Below, piece after piece: positions 9,885 through 18,302 of a DNA stretch of 39,451 nucleotides (the first letter of the stretch is position 1; every line of letters begins with the position of its first letter). The notes beneath the pieces were generated by a model. That model searched no databases. It was not told where the DNA came from and was given only the letters and a program-made list of their open reading frames with translations. The DNA comes from a bacterium (GTDB lineage Bacteria; Zhuqueibacterota; Zhuqueibacteria; Oceanimicrobiales; Oceanimicrobiaceae): the NCBI GenBank assembly GCA_046758365.1, contig JBHIAC010000013.1:1-39451 (forward strand), read 5' to 3'. Made by a program: the position numbers and the translations under genes.

Positions 9885-10056
9885 TTTTCTTCCTAGCGCA
9901 ATTGCGCAATGTTCGCAAAGGTGTGTAGTTAATTCCCATGCGTCCTGAAAATCCTGTACATCCTGTCTAATTTTTAAATAACCTCGAAAATCTATTTAAT
10001 ATTTACGAGAATTTTATTTAAAAATTAAACCTAATATTTATTCAAACGGATTTCAG

Positions 10057-11298
10057 ATGAGCAGTAAAAATCAAAACAACAAGACACAAGACCGGCGAGA
10101 GCTCATTAGAAAAATCCCCAAGACGGATTTACATTTGCATTTAGATGGCTCTATTCGTTTAGAAACCATTATTGAGATAGCTAAAAAAGAAAAAGTAGAA
10201 CTCCCAAGTTATACAGTTGATGGACTGAATGAATTGGTATTTAAGGATAATTTTCAAAATCTCGAGGAGTATCTAACAACATTTGCTTATTCCAGTGCTG
10301 TGATGCAAAAGCCGGATTATCTGGAACAAATAGCCTACGAATTGGCTTTAGATAATCAAGCTGAGGGCGTTAGGTACATTGAGGTTCGTTTTGCTCCGCA
10401 ACTGCATATCAATAAAAATATGGATATGAAAATGGTTATTGCAAGTGTTAACAAGGGTCTAATAAAGGCTCAAAATGAGTTTAATCAGCGACAGGAAATC
10501 ATTCAAGGTAAAGAACCGCCTTTTTACTATGGAATTATTGTCTGTGCTTTGCGCTCTTTTGGTGCGTATTCAGAATATTATACCAGTTTTATCAATGTAC
10601 TTTCTAACACAGATATGAAGACGATATTTAGCCTTTGTTCTCTAGAGCTGGCAAAAGGGGCTGTAAAAATACGTGATGAAAAGGGTATACCCATTGTTGG
10701 GTTTGATCTTGCAGGTGCAGAAATAGGAAATCCGGCAAAAGATCATTGGCGAGCTTTTCAATACGCCCATGAAAATTTTATGGCCAAAACGGTACACGCA
10801 GGTGAAGCCTACGGTCCACCCTCCATATTCCAGGCCATCACCGAATTACATGCTGATCGCATCGGACACGGCTATTATCTTTTTGATACCACGAAAATCG
10901 ATGATGACACCATTGAAAATAAAGAAAAGTACATTGCAGAATTGTGTCAATATATAGCCGATCGCAGAGTTACCATTGAAGTCTGCTTGACCAGTAATTT
11001 ACAAACTAATTCATCTCTCAAGAAAATTGAAAACCATTCTTTCAAAAAAATGCTTGAGTACGAATTAAGCGCCAGTATATGTACGGACAATCGAACTGTT
11101 AGTAAAACTACGGTGACGGATGAAATCATGTTGGCACTGCGAAGTTTTAACATGAGCCCCACGACTTTGAAGAATACGATTGTTTATGGTTTTAAGCGTA
11201 GCTTTTTTCCGGATATTTATGCAAAAAAACGCAAATATGTGAGGCAGTGTTTTGATTATTATGAAGAATTGGTAAAAGGTACCGCATTAGAAGTATAA
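10057..11298 (+). CDS. add: Adenosine deaminase family protein
   Basis: PKTDLHLHLDGS, YIEVRFAP, GFDLAGAE, HAGE, RIGHG, EVCLTSN and TDN motifs. Confidence 0.9.
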   Translation: MSSKNQNNKTQDRRELIRKIPKTDLHLHLDGSIRLETIIEIAKKEKVELPSYTVDGLNELVFKDNFQNLEEYLTTFAYSSAVMQKPDYLEQIAYELALDNQAEGVRYIEVRFAPQLHINKNMDMKMVIASVNKGLIKAQNEFNQRQEIIQGKEPPFYYGIIVCALRSFGAYSEYYTSFINVLSNTDMKTIFSLCSLELAKGAVKIRDEKGIPIVGFDLAGAEIGNPAKDHWRAFQYAHENFMAKTVHAGEAYGPPSIFQAITELHADRIGHGYYLFDTTKIDDDTIENKEKYIAELCQYIADRRVTIEVCLTSNLQTNSSLKKIENHSFKKMLEYELSASICTDNRTVSKTTVTDEIMLALRSFNMSPTTLKNTIVYGFKRSFFPDIYAKKRKYVRQCFDYYEELVKGTALEV

Positions 11299-11406
11299 AA
11301 TGAAGGCGTCTGTAACAAGTAATTAAATGGAGGCCTGAAATGATTCAGAGAACAAATTAAACCATAACTGCTTTTGTCAATAATTTCTTTCTGCTTGTCA
11401 TATTAA

Positions 11407-12336
11407 ATGACAGAAACAAAGTCTTTTAGCAATGCAATTTTAAAGAATGCAGCAAACGCGAAAGTTACAGTAATACCGAAAGGCGTGCTCTACATGGTGA
11501 CAAGCGCGTTTGCATTCAGCCTTATGAGCTTGCTTGTAAAAGTAGCGGGACAGCGATTACCAAGTCAGGAAATCGTCCTGGGGCGTGCAATTATAAGTTT
11601 GATCTTGAGCTACTGGCTGATTCGCAGGGCAGGAGTCCAAGTGTGGGGAACAAATCGAAAACTCTTGATTGTACGCGGTATTTTGGGATTCATTGCATTG
11701 AGCTGCTTCTACTACTCAGTTACCCACCTTCCCCTTGCCGAAGCGACGGTCATTCAGTACATGCATCCAGTCTTTACCGCAATCATGGCGGCGTGCTTTC
11801 TTGGGGAGCGTATTGGTAAGATTCTCATTGCATCAAGCATCCTAAGTCTTGCAGGTGTAACTTTCGTGACGCGACCGGCGATACTATTTGGTGGCACCGT
11901 GGTGACCCTTAATCCGGTTGCGGTGACGATAGCTCTCTGTGGATCAGTATTTAGTGCGGCTGCTTATGTGGTCGTGCGCCGGCTCAGTTCCATTGAGCAT
12001 CCGCTGGTCATCGTATTTTATTTTCCGCTCGTTACAGTTCCGGCAACGATACCCACGGTTGTTCCGTTAACCATCTGGCCGCAGGCATGGGAATGGTTAG
12101 TTCTGTTAGGCATCGGGCTCACGACCCAAGTTGGTCAGGTCTGCCTGACACGGGGCTTGCAGCATGAACCGGCTGGTCGTGCCACAGCGATCTCCTACTT
12201 GCAGGTAGTCTTCGCTATCGCTTTGGGAGCTTTCTTCTATGCCGAGTATCCTGAACCCTTAACGGTCTTGGGCTCACTGCTTGTCTTAGGAGGAACTTTG
12301 GTAGTCGCCCGCCAGGCCGGGCAGACTATCCATTAA
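11407..12336 (+). CDS. DMT/EamA family transporter
   Basis: About 10 hydrophobic helices with duplicated EamA repeats (LPLAEATVIQYMHPVFT...FLGER; PAGRATAISYLQVVFA). Start codon uncertain. Confidence 0.92.
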   Translation: MTETKSFSNAILKNAANAKVTVIPKGVLYMVTSAFAFSLMSLLVKVAGQRLPSQEIVLGRAIISLILSYWLIRRAGVQVWGTNRKLLIVRGILGFIALSCFYYSVTHLPLAEATVIQYMHPVFTAIMAACFLGERIGKILIASSILSLAGVTFVTRPAILFGGTVVTLNPVAVTIALCGSVFSAAAYVVVRRLSSIEHPLVIVFYFPLVTVPATIPTVVPLTIWPQAWEWLVLLGIGLTTQVGQVCLTRGLQHEPAGRATAISYLQVVFAIALGAFFYAEYPEPLTVLGSLLVLGGTLVVARQAGQTIH

Positions 12337-12454
12337 ACAGTGTTTGAACGAAAACTGTAGATTATGACCGTCATTGCGAGGCGTTTTTTGCCGAAGCAAT
12401 CTCATGCCTACCTAATAGGGAGATTGCTTCGCTGAGAAACCCCGAAAGCATTCG

Positions 12455-12656
12455 CATAGACATCAACTTAAGGAATTCATGCTATATAAGAGCTAAAACG
12501 TCACTTTCTCGTTCCAAAATTTCTATTTTGGAATGAAATGGGGGAGAAACTCTGTTTCGAATTACCAATTTAGATAGACGAAACAGAGTTTCTAAGACAA
12601 TTTTGTTCCCAAACTGGAGTTTGGGAACAAGTTTGTCGCTTAAGTTGATGCGCATG
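12455..12656. mobile_element. 202-bp non-autonomous IS4-family (IS231-like) miniature element with 12-bp target-site duplication
   Basis: TIRs CATAGACATCAACTTAAG (12455-12472) and CTTAAGTTGATGCGCATG (12639-12656) resemble the IS231 end as recalled (CATGCCCATCAACTTAAG). Flanked by direct repeat CGAAAGCATTCG at 12443-12454 and 12657-12668. Confidence 0.85.
12508..12631. repeat. Three-hairpin REP/REPIN-like element (CTCGTTCC...GGGAACAAG type)
   Basis: Hairpins TTCCAAAAT/ATTTTGGAA (12512-12533), AGAAACTCTGTTTCG/CGAAACAGAGTTTCT (12545-12593) and TTGTTCCCAAACT/AGTTTGGGAACAA (12603-12630). Confidence 0.75.
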
Positions 12657-12774
12657 CGAAAGCATTCGGGGCAATGACAGTAAAAATTGTGTTTTCGTTC
12701 AAACACTAAATAGGTATTTTAATTTTAATTTCTAAAGCTGTTTTTTAATATTTTAATAGATTAGGTGTCTTTCG

Positions 12775-13425
12775 ATGGTAGAAAAATTCCCTCCGGTTGA
12801 AAAGGCCGATGAAATGGGTTTATTGGCGGTGGGAGGTGACCTTGAAGTCGGCTCGCTGGAATTAGCATATCGAAACGGCATATTTCCTTGGCCGGTAGAA
12901 GGTCTACCTCTTATATGGTTTGCACCGCCTTGTCGTGTTATTTTGGAATTTAACGAATTTAGAATCCCTAAACGTTTGCAACGTTATTTAAAAAAGGCTA
13001 ATTTTAAATTCCGTGTTGATACAGATTTTGCAGGCGTTATTAAAGCTTGTGCAATTAGTAAAAATCGCAAGAGGCAAAAAGGAACCTGGATTACTGAACA
13101 AATGATTCAGGCCTATATTGAGTTTCACAAATCCGGATTCGCACATAGTTTTGAAACCATAAATTCCAAAAATGAACTTGTGGGGGGACTTTACGGGGTT
13201 TTAATCGATAGGTATTTTGCTGGTGAAAGCATGTTTTATAAAGAACCCAACGCTTCTAAATTTGCTTTAATTCAAACTATTCAGTACGTCAAAAATTTAG
13301 GAATTACCTGGATGGATGTTCAAATACTCACGCCTTTACTTAAGAGCTTTGGTGCAAAAGAAATCCCCCGAGAACTTTTTATGGAAAAGCTAAAAAAAGC
13401 CATTCATAGAGAATCGGCTAATTAG
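12775..13425 (+). CDS. aat: Leucyl/phenylalanyl-tRNA--protein transferase
   Basis: GLLAVGGDL...AYRNGIFPW, GTWIT, AHSFE, LVGGLYGV, FAGESMF and NASKFAL motifs. Confidence 0.96.
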   Translation: MVEKFPPVEKADEMGLLAVGGDLEVGSLELAYRNGIFPWPVEGLPLIWFAPPCRVILEFNEFRIPKRLQRYLKKANFKFRVDTDFAGVIKACAISKNRKRQKGTWITEQMIQAYIEFHKSGFAHSFETINSKNELVGGLYGVLIDRYFAGESMFYKEPNASKFALIQTIQYVKNLGITWMDVQILTPLLKSFGAKEIPRELFMEKLKKAIHRESAN

Positions 13426-13717
13426 TGGCACAATTAATAAAGGATATCCATTCCATTAGAAGGATACGGTTTAGCTTATTGATTAAAGATTAGAGGACAA
13501 ATGTCCATATTCCAATTCCCACATTGAGAGTTTCTGCAGCTTCTTGTTTTGAGAATCATTCATGAAACTAATTATTTTAAATATAGGTGGAAACTCATTA
13601 TTGAAATCAAGTTAAAAAAGCAGAAAGTAGTAAATAGTGCTTTTTTGAAGTTTATGAATTTCCTACAACAGTTCAATATTGCAAGATGGTAAGCCTTTTT
13701 TGTTACATTAATTTCTG

Positions 13718-13746
13718 TTGACTTTTGCTGCGAATTTTTGTAAAAT
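13718..13746 (+). promoter_or_regulatory. Putative sigma-70 promoter of rpiA-metH
   Basis: TTGACT (13718-13723), 17-nt spacer, TAAAAT (13741-13746). Confidence 0.65.
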
Positions 13747-13760
13747 TTAATAATGAATCA

Positions 13761-13793
13761 TGGCCCCTCTCAAATTTGGGAGGGGTTATTTTT
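13761..13793 (+). terminator. Terminator-like hairpin in the rpiA leader
   Basis: 12-bp stem TGGCCCCTCTCA / TGGGAGGGGTTA (three G-U pairs, favouring the + strand) followed by TTTTT. Confidence 0.65.
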
Positions 13794-13811
13794 AATTTGA
13801 AAATTAAATAA

Positions 13812-14492
13812 ATGACAGACTCAGATATTATAAAAGCTAAACAAGCCGCGGCTGAGAAAGCTGTATCTTACCTCCAAGAAAACATGATTGTTGGGTTGGG
13901 TACAGGTTCAACTGCGTGTTCTGCCATCCAACTTATTGGCCAGAAAGTTGCAAATGGACTTAAAATTCAAGGCGTTCCTACTTCTTTGGAAACTGAAAGA
14001 TTAGCCAAAGAAAATAATATTTCCCTGCTGTTTGAGTTTGGACAAATTGATATAACCATCGATGGCGCCGATGAGGTTGATGAATCTGGCAATCTAATCA
14101 AAGGTGGCGGTGGGGCTTTAACCAGAGAAAAAATTGTGGCCGCTGCCAGTAAAAAAGAAATTATCATTGTGGATGAAACTAAACTTGTGCAGACCCTCGG
14201 GCGATTCTCTTTGCCTGTTGAGGTGCTTCCATTCGGCTGGAAATTTGTTCAGAAGAAATTGCAGTTATTAGGCTGTAAGGCAAATTTGAGAAAAAAAGGT
14301 GAGGAAATTTTCATGAGCGATAATCAAAATTATATCTTTGATTGTATATTTCATAATATTGTTCATCCTAAAGAATTAGCGATCGAAATAAATACAATTC
14401 CTGGGGTTGTTGAAAATGGCCTCTTTGTGGATCTTGCCGATTTAGTCATAGTTGGACATGCTGACGGGAGCACCGAGGAAATAGTTTTCTGA
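13812..14492 (+). CDS. rpiA: Ribose-5-phosphate isomerase A
   Basis: VGLGTGST, DGADEVD, IKGGGGALTREKIVA and IPGVVENGLF motifs. Confidence 0.98.
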   Translation: MTDSDIIKAKQAAAEKAVSYLQENMIVGLGTGSTACSAIQLIGQKVANGLKIQGVPTSLETERLAKENNISLLFEFGQIDITIDGADEVDESGNLIKGGGGALTREKIVAAASKKEIIIVDETKLVQTLGRFSLPVEVLPFGWKFVQKKLQLLGCKANLRKKGEEIFMSDNQNYIFDCIFHNIVHPKELAIEINTIPGVVENGLFVDLADLVIVGHADGSTEEIVF

Positions 14493-14535
14493 GTAGATAT
14501 TTAAAATAATTTGAATTAATTTTCGCATTTTATTT

Positions 14536-17500
14536 ATGAAAAATTCTTTTCTACCACTACTCGAAGAAAAAATCGTTGTATTTGATGGGGCCATGGGGAC
14601 CTCTATCCAGAAATGCAATCTTTCCTCCGAGAATTTTTGGGGGAAAGATGGCTGTAATGAATATCTGGTTGAAACGAACCCAAAAGTCATCGAGGAAATC
14701 CACGCCAGCTTTTTAGAAGTAGGATGTGATGTCATCGAGACGAATACATTCGGTGCAACCTCTATTGTCTTGGCAGAATACGAGTTAGAAGATAAACCGT
14801 ACGATTTAAATCTCAAGGCCGCTCAGTTAGCTAAACTAGTCGCCTCCGATTTTTCCCAAAATGGACATCCTCGATATGTTGCAGGTTCCATTGGCCCAAC
14901 AACTAAACTTCCTTCTTTGGGCCATATATCTTTTGATGATATAAAAAACGCCTACTACCAGCAGGTCAGTGGATTAGTAGACGGCGGAGTAGACATTTTG
15001 TTAGTTGAAACTTGTCAAGATATTCTTCAAGCCAAAGCAGCACTGGTGGCCATTTTTGAATATTTTGAGAAAGCAGGAATAAAACTTCCAGTCATGGCTC
15101 AAATTACAGTTGAAACCACAGGAACTATGCTCTTAGGCACCGAAGTCAGTGCAGCTCTCGTAACTTTAGCTGCTTATGACATAGACATTATCGGAATGAA
15201 TTGCGCTACAGGTCCAGCGGAAATGTCCGAACATATTCGAGTTTTGTCGGCAGGTGCCCCCATGAAATTGTCCTGTCTTCCTAATGCTGGTATACCCGAG
15301 AACCGCAGCGGTGAGGCCTATTATAAACTTAGGCCTAAAGAGTTGGCCTTACATTTGAGGCATTTTGCTAAAGATTTAGGGGTAAATATCGTAGGGGGCT
15401 GCTGTGGAACCACACCAGCCCATTTGGCTAAAGTGGTTGAGGCGGTCAAAGATTTAACACCTAAAAAACGAGATCCTCAATTTCTTCCTTCGGTATCGAG
15501 TCTCTACACATCTGCCACCATGCAGATTGAACCGCCACCAGTTTTGGTAGGGGAAAGAACTAATGCCAATGGCAGTAAAATGTTCCGAGAGCTTCTTCTT
15601 GCAGATAATTTTGATGCCATGGTCACCATGGCAAAGAAACAGGTCAAAGAAGGGGCACATTTATTAGATGTGTGTGTCGCCTACGTGGGGCGGGATGAGA
15701 AGCGGGATATGATAGAAATTATTAACCGCTTCAACACCCAAGTCACTGTACCGCTTATGATTGATACCACCGAACCACCAGTGGTCGAAGAAGCATTGAA
15801 GCGAATTAGCGGTAAAGCCATTGTTAATTCTGTAAATTTAGAAGATGGTGAAGAACGCATAAAACGGATGCTTCTTTTGTGTAAAAAATATGGAGCGGCT
15901 GTAATTGCCTTGACCATCGATGAAGAGGGGATGGCCAAGACTGCTCAGAAAAAGTTTGAGATAGCCAAGCGTATTTATGAATTGGCCGTGAACAAGTACG
16001 GCTTGCGGCCGGAAGACCTCATAGTCGACACGCTGACTTTTACTTTGGGCAGTGGTGATGAAGAATTTCGCAAGGCTGGCAACGAAACGATTGAGGCCCT
16101 CCGATTGATTAAAGAGAATCTTACTAAGGTAAAAACAATTCTTGGCGTAAGTAACATTTCCTTCGGTTTATCAACTCACGCGCGCATTGTGCTGAACAGC
16201 GTGTTTCTTCACTACGCTATCGAATATGGCTTGGATATGGCTATTGTAAATGCGAAAAAAATTCTTCCCCTTTACAAAATAAATGTGAAGGAGCGCGAAC
16301 TTTGCCGACAACTTATCTTTGATAACAGAAAAAATGGATTTGATCCCTTAGTGGCTATCATGGAGTATTATTCAAAGGGTGAAGGCGCTGCAAAATCAAA
16401 GGAGAAGGAAAAAAAGACGCCAAAGACCCTTGAAGAAGCGCTTAAGCATCGGATAATCGACGGGGAAAAACAGAATCTCGAAAAGGATTTAGATAAGGCC
16501 TTAGAAAAATACACCGCATTGGAGATAATAAATAAGATTCTATTGGATGGTATGCGGGTGGTAGGGGATCTTTTTGGTAGCGGTGAAATGCAGCTTCCAT
16601 TTGTTCTGCAATCCGCTGAGGTTATGAAAGCAGCCGTTCAATATTTAGAACCGTTTATGGAAAAATCGGAGGAAGATAATAGAGGAACTTTAGTAATTGC
16701 CACTGTCAAGAGCGATGTTCATGACATCGGTAAAAACCTAGTGGACATCATCTTAACCAATAATGGTTATAGAGTGGTCAATTTGGGAATAAGTTGCTCA
16801 ATAGAGACCATGATAAACTCAGCGGCTAAACATAAAGCAAATGCTTTAGGCATGAGCGGTTTGCTGGTAAAATCAACGGTTATCATGAAAGAAAATCTTG
16901 AAGTGCTAAATGAGAGAGATATCAAAATACCGGTCATTTTGGGCGGCGCCGCCCTAACAAGAAGATATGTGGAAGAAGATTTAAGAGCCATTTATAAAGG
17001 TCAATTAGCCTACGGAAAAGATGCTTTTTCCGGATTACACTTTATGGAAGCCCTTACAAGTGATTTAACCATAAACAAGAAACTTGAAAAACACCCTCAG
17101 ATCGAAGGCGCGGAAAGCTTATTGGGTCAAGAAGCAAAAATTTCAGCTACGGAAAACGAACAAGCTTCAAAAGAGGTCTATAAGTACTATAGGAGTAACG
17201 GTGCGGCTCGTTCTGATGTTAAGAAAGATGTGCCCATTCCCAAAGCGCCATTTTATGGGACAAAAATTGTAACTAACATTAGCTTGGACAAAATTTTTCC
17301 TTATATAAATAAAATTGCTCTCATACGGGGTCAATGGCAGGTTAAACGTGGCAGATTGCGCTCTACTGAATATGAGGCTATGTTAAAAGAAAAGATTTAT
17401 CCAAAATTTGAAGAACTCAAACAAAAATGTAAAGAGGAAGCATGGCTCCAACCAAAAGTGGTTTATGGCTATTTTCATTGTCAGTCCGAAGGAGATGATC

Positions 17501-18030
17501 TAATTGTGTACAAAGAGGATGAGAAAACAGAATGGCTCCGTTTTAATTTTCCTCGTCAGACGGGAAGTAGACATCTTTGTCTGGCAGATTTTTTTGCTTC
17601 AAAAGATTCGGGAAAAATAGATGTGATAGCTTTGCACGCTGTAACCGTAGGTAAGCGTACTTCCGAAATTTCAGAAAAGCTTTTTAAATCAGATAACTAT
17701 ACCGATTATCTCTTCTTTCACGGTTTGAGTGTGGAGACTACTGAAGCTTTGGCTGAATATTGGCACCAGCGCATTCGACTGGAGTTAGGGATTGCTGATA
17801 GCGACTCCGAAGATATTCGTAAATTATTTACCCAGCATTATCAAGGTTCTAGGTATAGTTTCGGATACCCCGCCTGTCCAAATTTAGCAGATCAACTAAA
17901 GCTCTTTGAATTGTTAAAGCCAGAAAGAATTGACATTGAATTAACAGAGACCTTTCAATTGATACCGGAACAATCGACCACAGCCATAATAGTCCATCAT
18001 CCTGAAGCAAAATATTTTAATATAAAATAA
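14536..18030 (+). CDS. metH: Cobalamin-dependent methionine synthase
   Basis: DGAMGT, NCATGP and GGCCGT (Zn/homocysteine domain). GERTNANGS (pterin domain). GEMQLPFVLQSAEVMK cap. DVHDIGKN B12 ligand. RYSFGYPACP reactivation domain. Confidence 0.98.
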   Translation: MKNSFLPLLEEKIVVFDGAMGTSIQKCNLSSENFWGKDGCNEYLVETNPKVIEEIHASFLEVGCDVIETNTFGATSIVLAEYELEDKPYDLNLKAAQLAKLVASDFSQNGHPRYVAGSIGPTTKLPSLGHISFDDIKNAYYQQVSGLVDGGVDILLVETCQDILQAKAALVAIFEYFEKAGIKLPVMAQITVETTGTMLLGTEVSAALVTLAAYDIDIIGMNCATGPAEMSEHIRVLSAGAPMKLSCLPNAGIPENRSGEAYYKLRPKELALHLRHFAKDLGVNIVGGCCGTTPAHLAKVVEAVKDLTPKKRDPQFLPSVSSLYTSATMQIEPPPVLVGERTNANGSKMFRELLLADNFDAMVTMAKKQVKEGAHLLDVCVAYVGRDEKRDMIEIINRFNTQVTVPLMIDTTEPPVVEEALKRISGKAIVNSVNLEDGEERIKRMLLLCKKYGAAVIALTIDEEGMAKTAQKKFEIAKRIYELAVNKYGLRPEDLIVDTLTFTLGSGDEEFRKAGNETIEALRLIKENLTKVKTILGVSNISFGLSTHARIVLNSVFLHYAIEYGLDMAIVNAKKILPLYKINVKERELCRQLIFDNRKNGFDPLVAIMEYYSKGEGAAKSKEKEKKTPKTLEEALKHRIIDGEKQNLEKDLDKALEKYTALEIINKILLDGMRVVGDLFGSGEMQLPFVLQSAEVMKAAVQYLEPFMEKSEEDNRGTLVIATVKSDVHDIGKNLVDIILTNNGYRVVNLGISCSIETMINSAAKHKANALGMSGLLVKSTVIMKENLEVLNERDIKIPVILGGAALTRRYVEEDLRAIYKGQLAYGKDAFSGLHFMEALTSDLTINKKLEKHPQIEGAESLLGQEAKISATENEQASKEVYKYYRSNGAARSDVKKDVPIPKAPFYGTKIVTNISLDKIFPYINKIALIRGQWQVKRGRLRSTEYEAMLKEKIYPKFEELKQKCKEEAWLQPKVVYGYFHCQSEGDDLIVYKEDEKTEWLRFNFPRQTGSRHLCLADFFASKDSGKIDVIALHAVTVGKRTSEISEKLFKSDNYTDYLFFHGLSVETTEALAEYWHQRIRLELGIADSDSEDIRKLFTQHYQGSRYSFGYPACPNLADQLKLFELLKPERIDIELTETFQLIPEQSTTAIIVHHPEAKYFNIK

Positions 18031-18302
18031 GCTTGTGAAAAAGGCTAATCTAATAACTAGATGAAGTGATTCTTTTATTGGTAATGAATACTATAAATTT
18101 CTATTTTCGTAGATTATTATTTATTTAATTAATTTATCACTTAATTTTTAGTTACAAAATAATTTAAGAATGTAAAAGTTGTTAAATTCTGCTAATAATA
18201 TAAATAATTTTAATTTTTTACTTGACTTTTTCAATTTTTCAATTAAATTTGATATTTAATAATTTTTCCCTCGTCAAAGAATCTTCCTTTTAAACAACAA
18301 CA

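Larger units (their letters stand above)
12370..12678. repeat. GTCATTGC...GCAATGAC palindromic (REP/RPE-like) element, interrupted
   Basis: Ends GTCATTGC (12370-12377) and GCAATGAC (12671-12678). Inner stem CGAAGCAATCTC (12392-12403) / GAGATTGCTTCG (12420-12431). Confidence 0.75.
12339..12707. mobile_element. MITE-like element with 17-bp perfect terminal inverted repeats (outer layer of a nested structure)
   Basis: AGTGTTTGAACGAAAAC (12339-12355) and GTTTTCGTTCAAACACT (12691-12707) are exact reverse complements. No transposase inside. Confidence 0.75.

Noticed and set aside
12482..12706. 74-aa minus-strand ORF
   Set aside because: Lies entirely within the nested repeat/MITE stack, has no RBS and shows no transposase similarity.
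13426..13717. SAM/B12 riboswitch or small ORFs upstream of rpiA-metH
   Set aside because: No aptamer consensus is visible, and the 26-27-codon minus-strand ORFs lack an RBS or other support.
16696..16740. MetH B12-binding motif reads KSDVHDIG instead of KGDVHDIG
   Set aside because: A single substitution outside the DxHxxG core, so there is no ground to infer altered function.
14442..17272. Short ORFs overlapping metH, and similar short overlapping ORFs in other long genes
   Set aside because: Antisense or alternate-frame shadows with no motifs or RBS.
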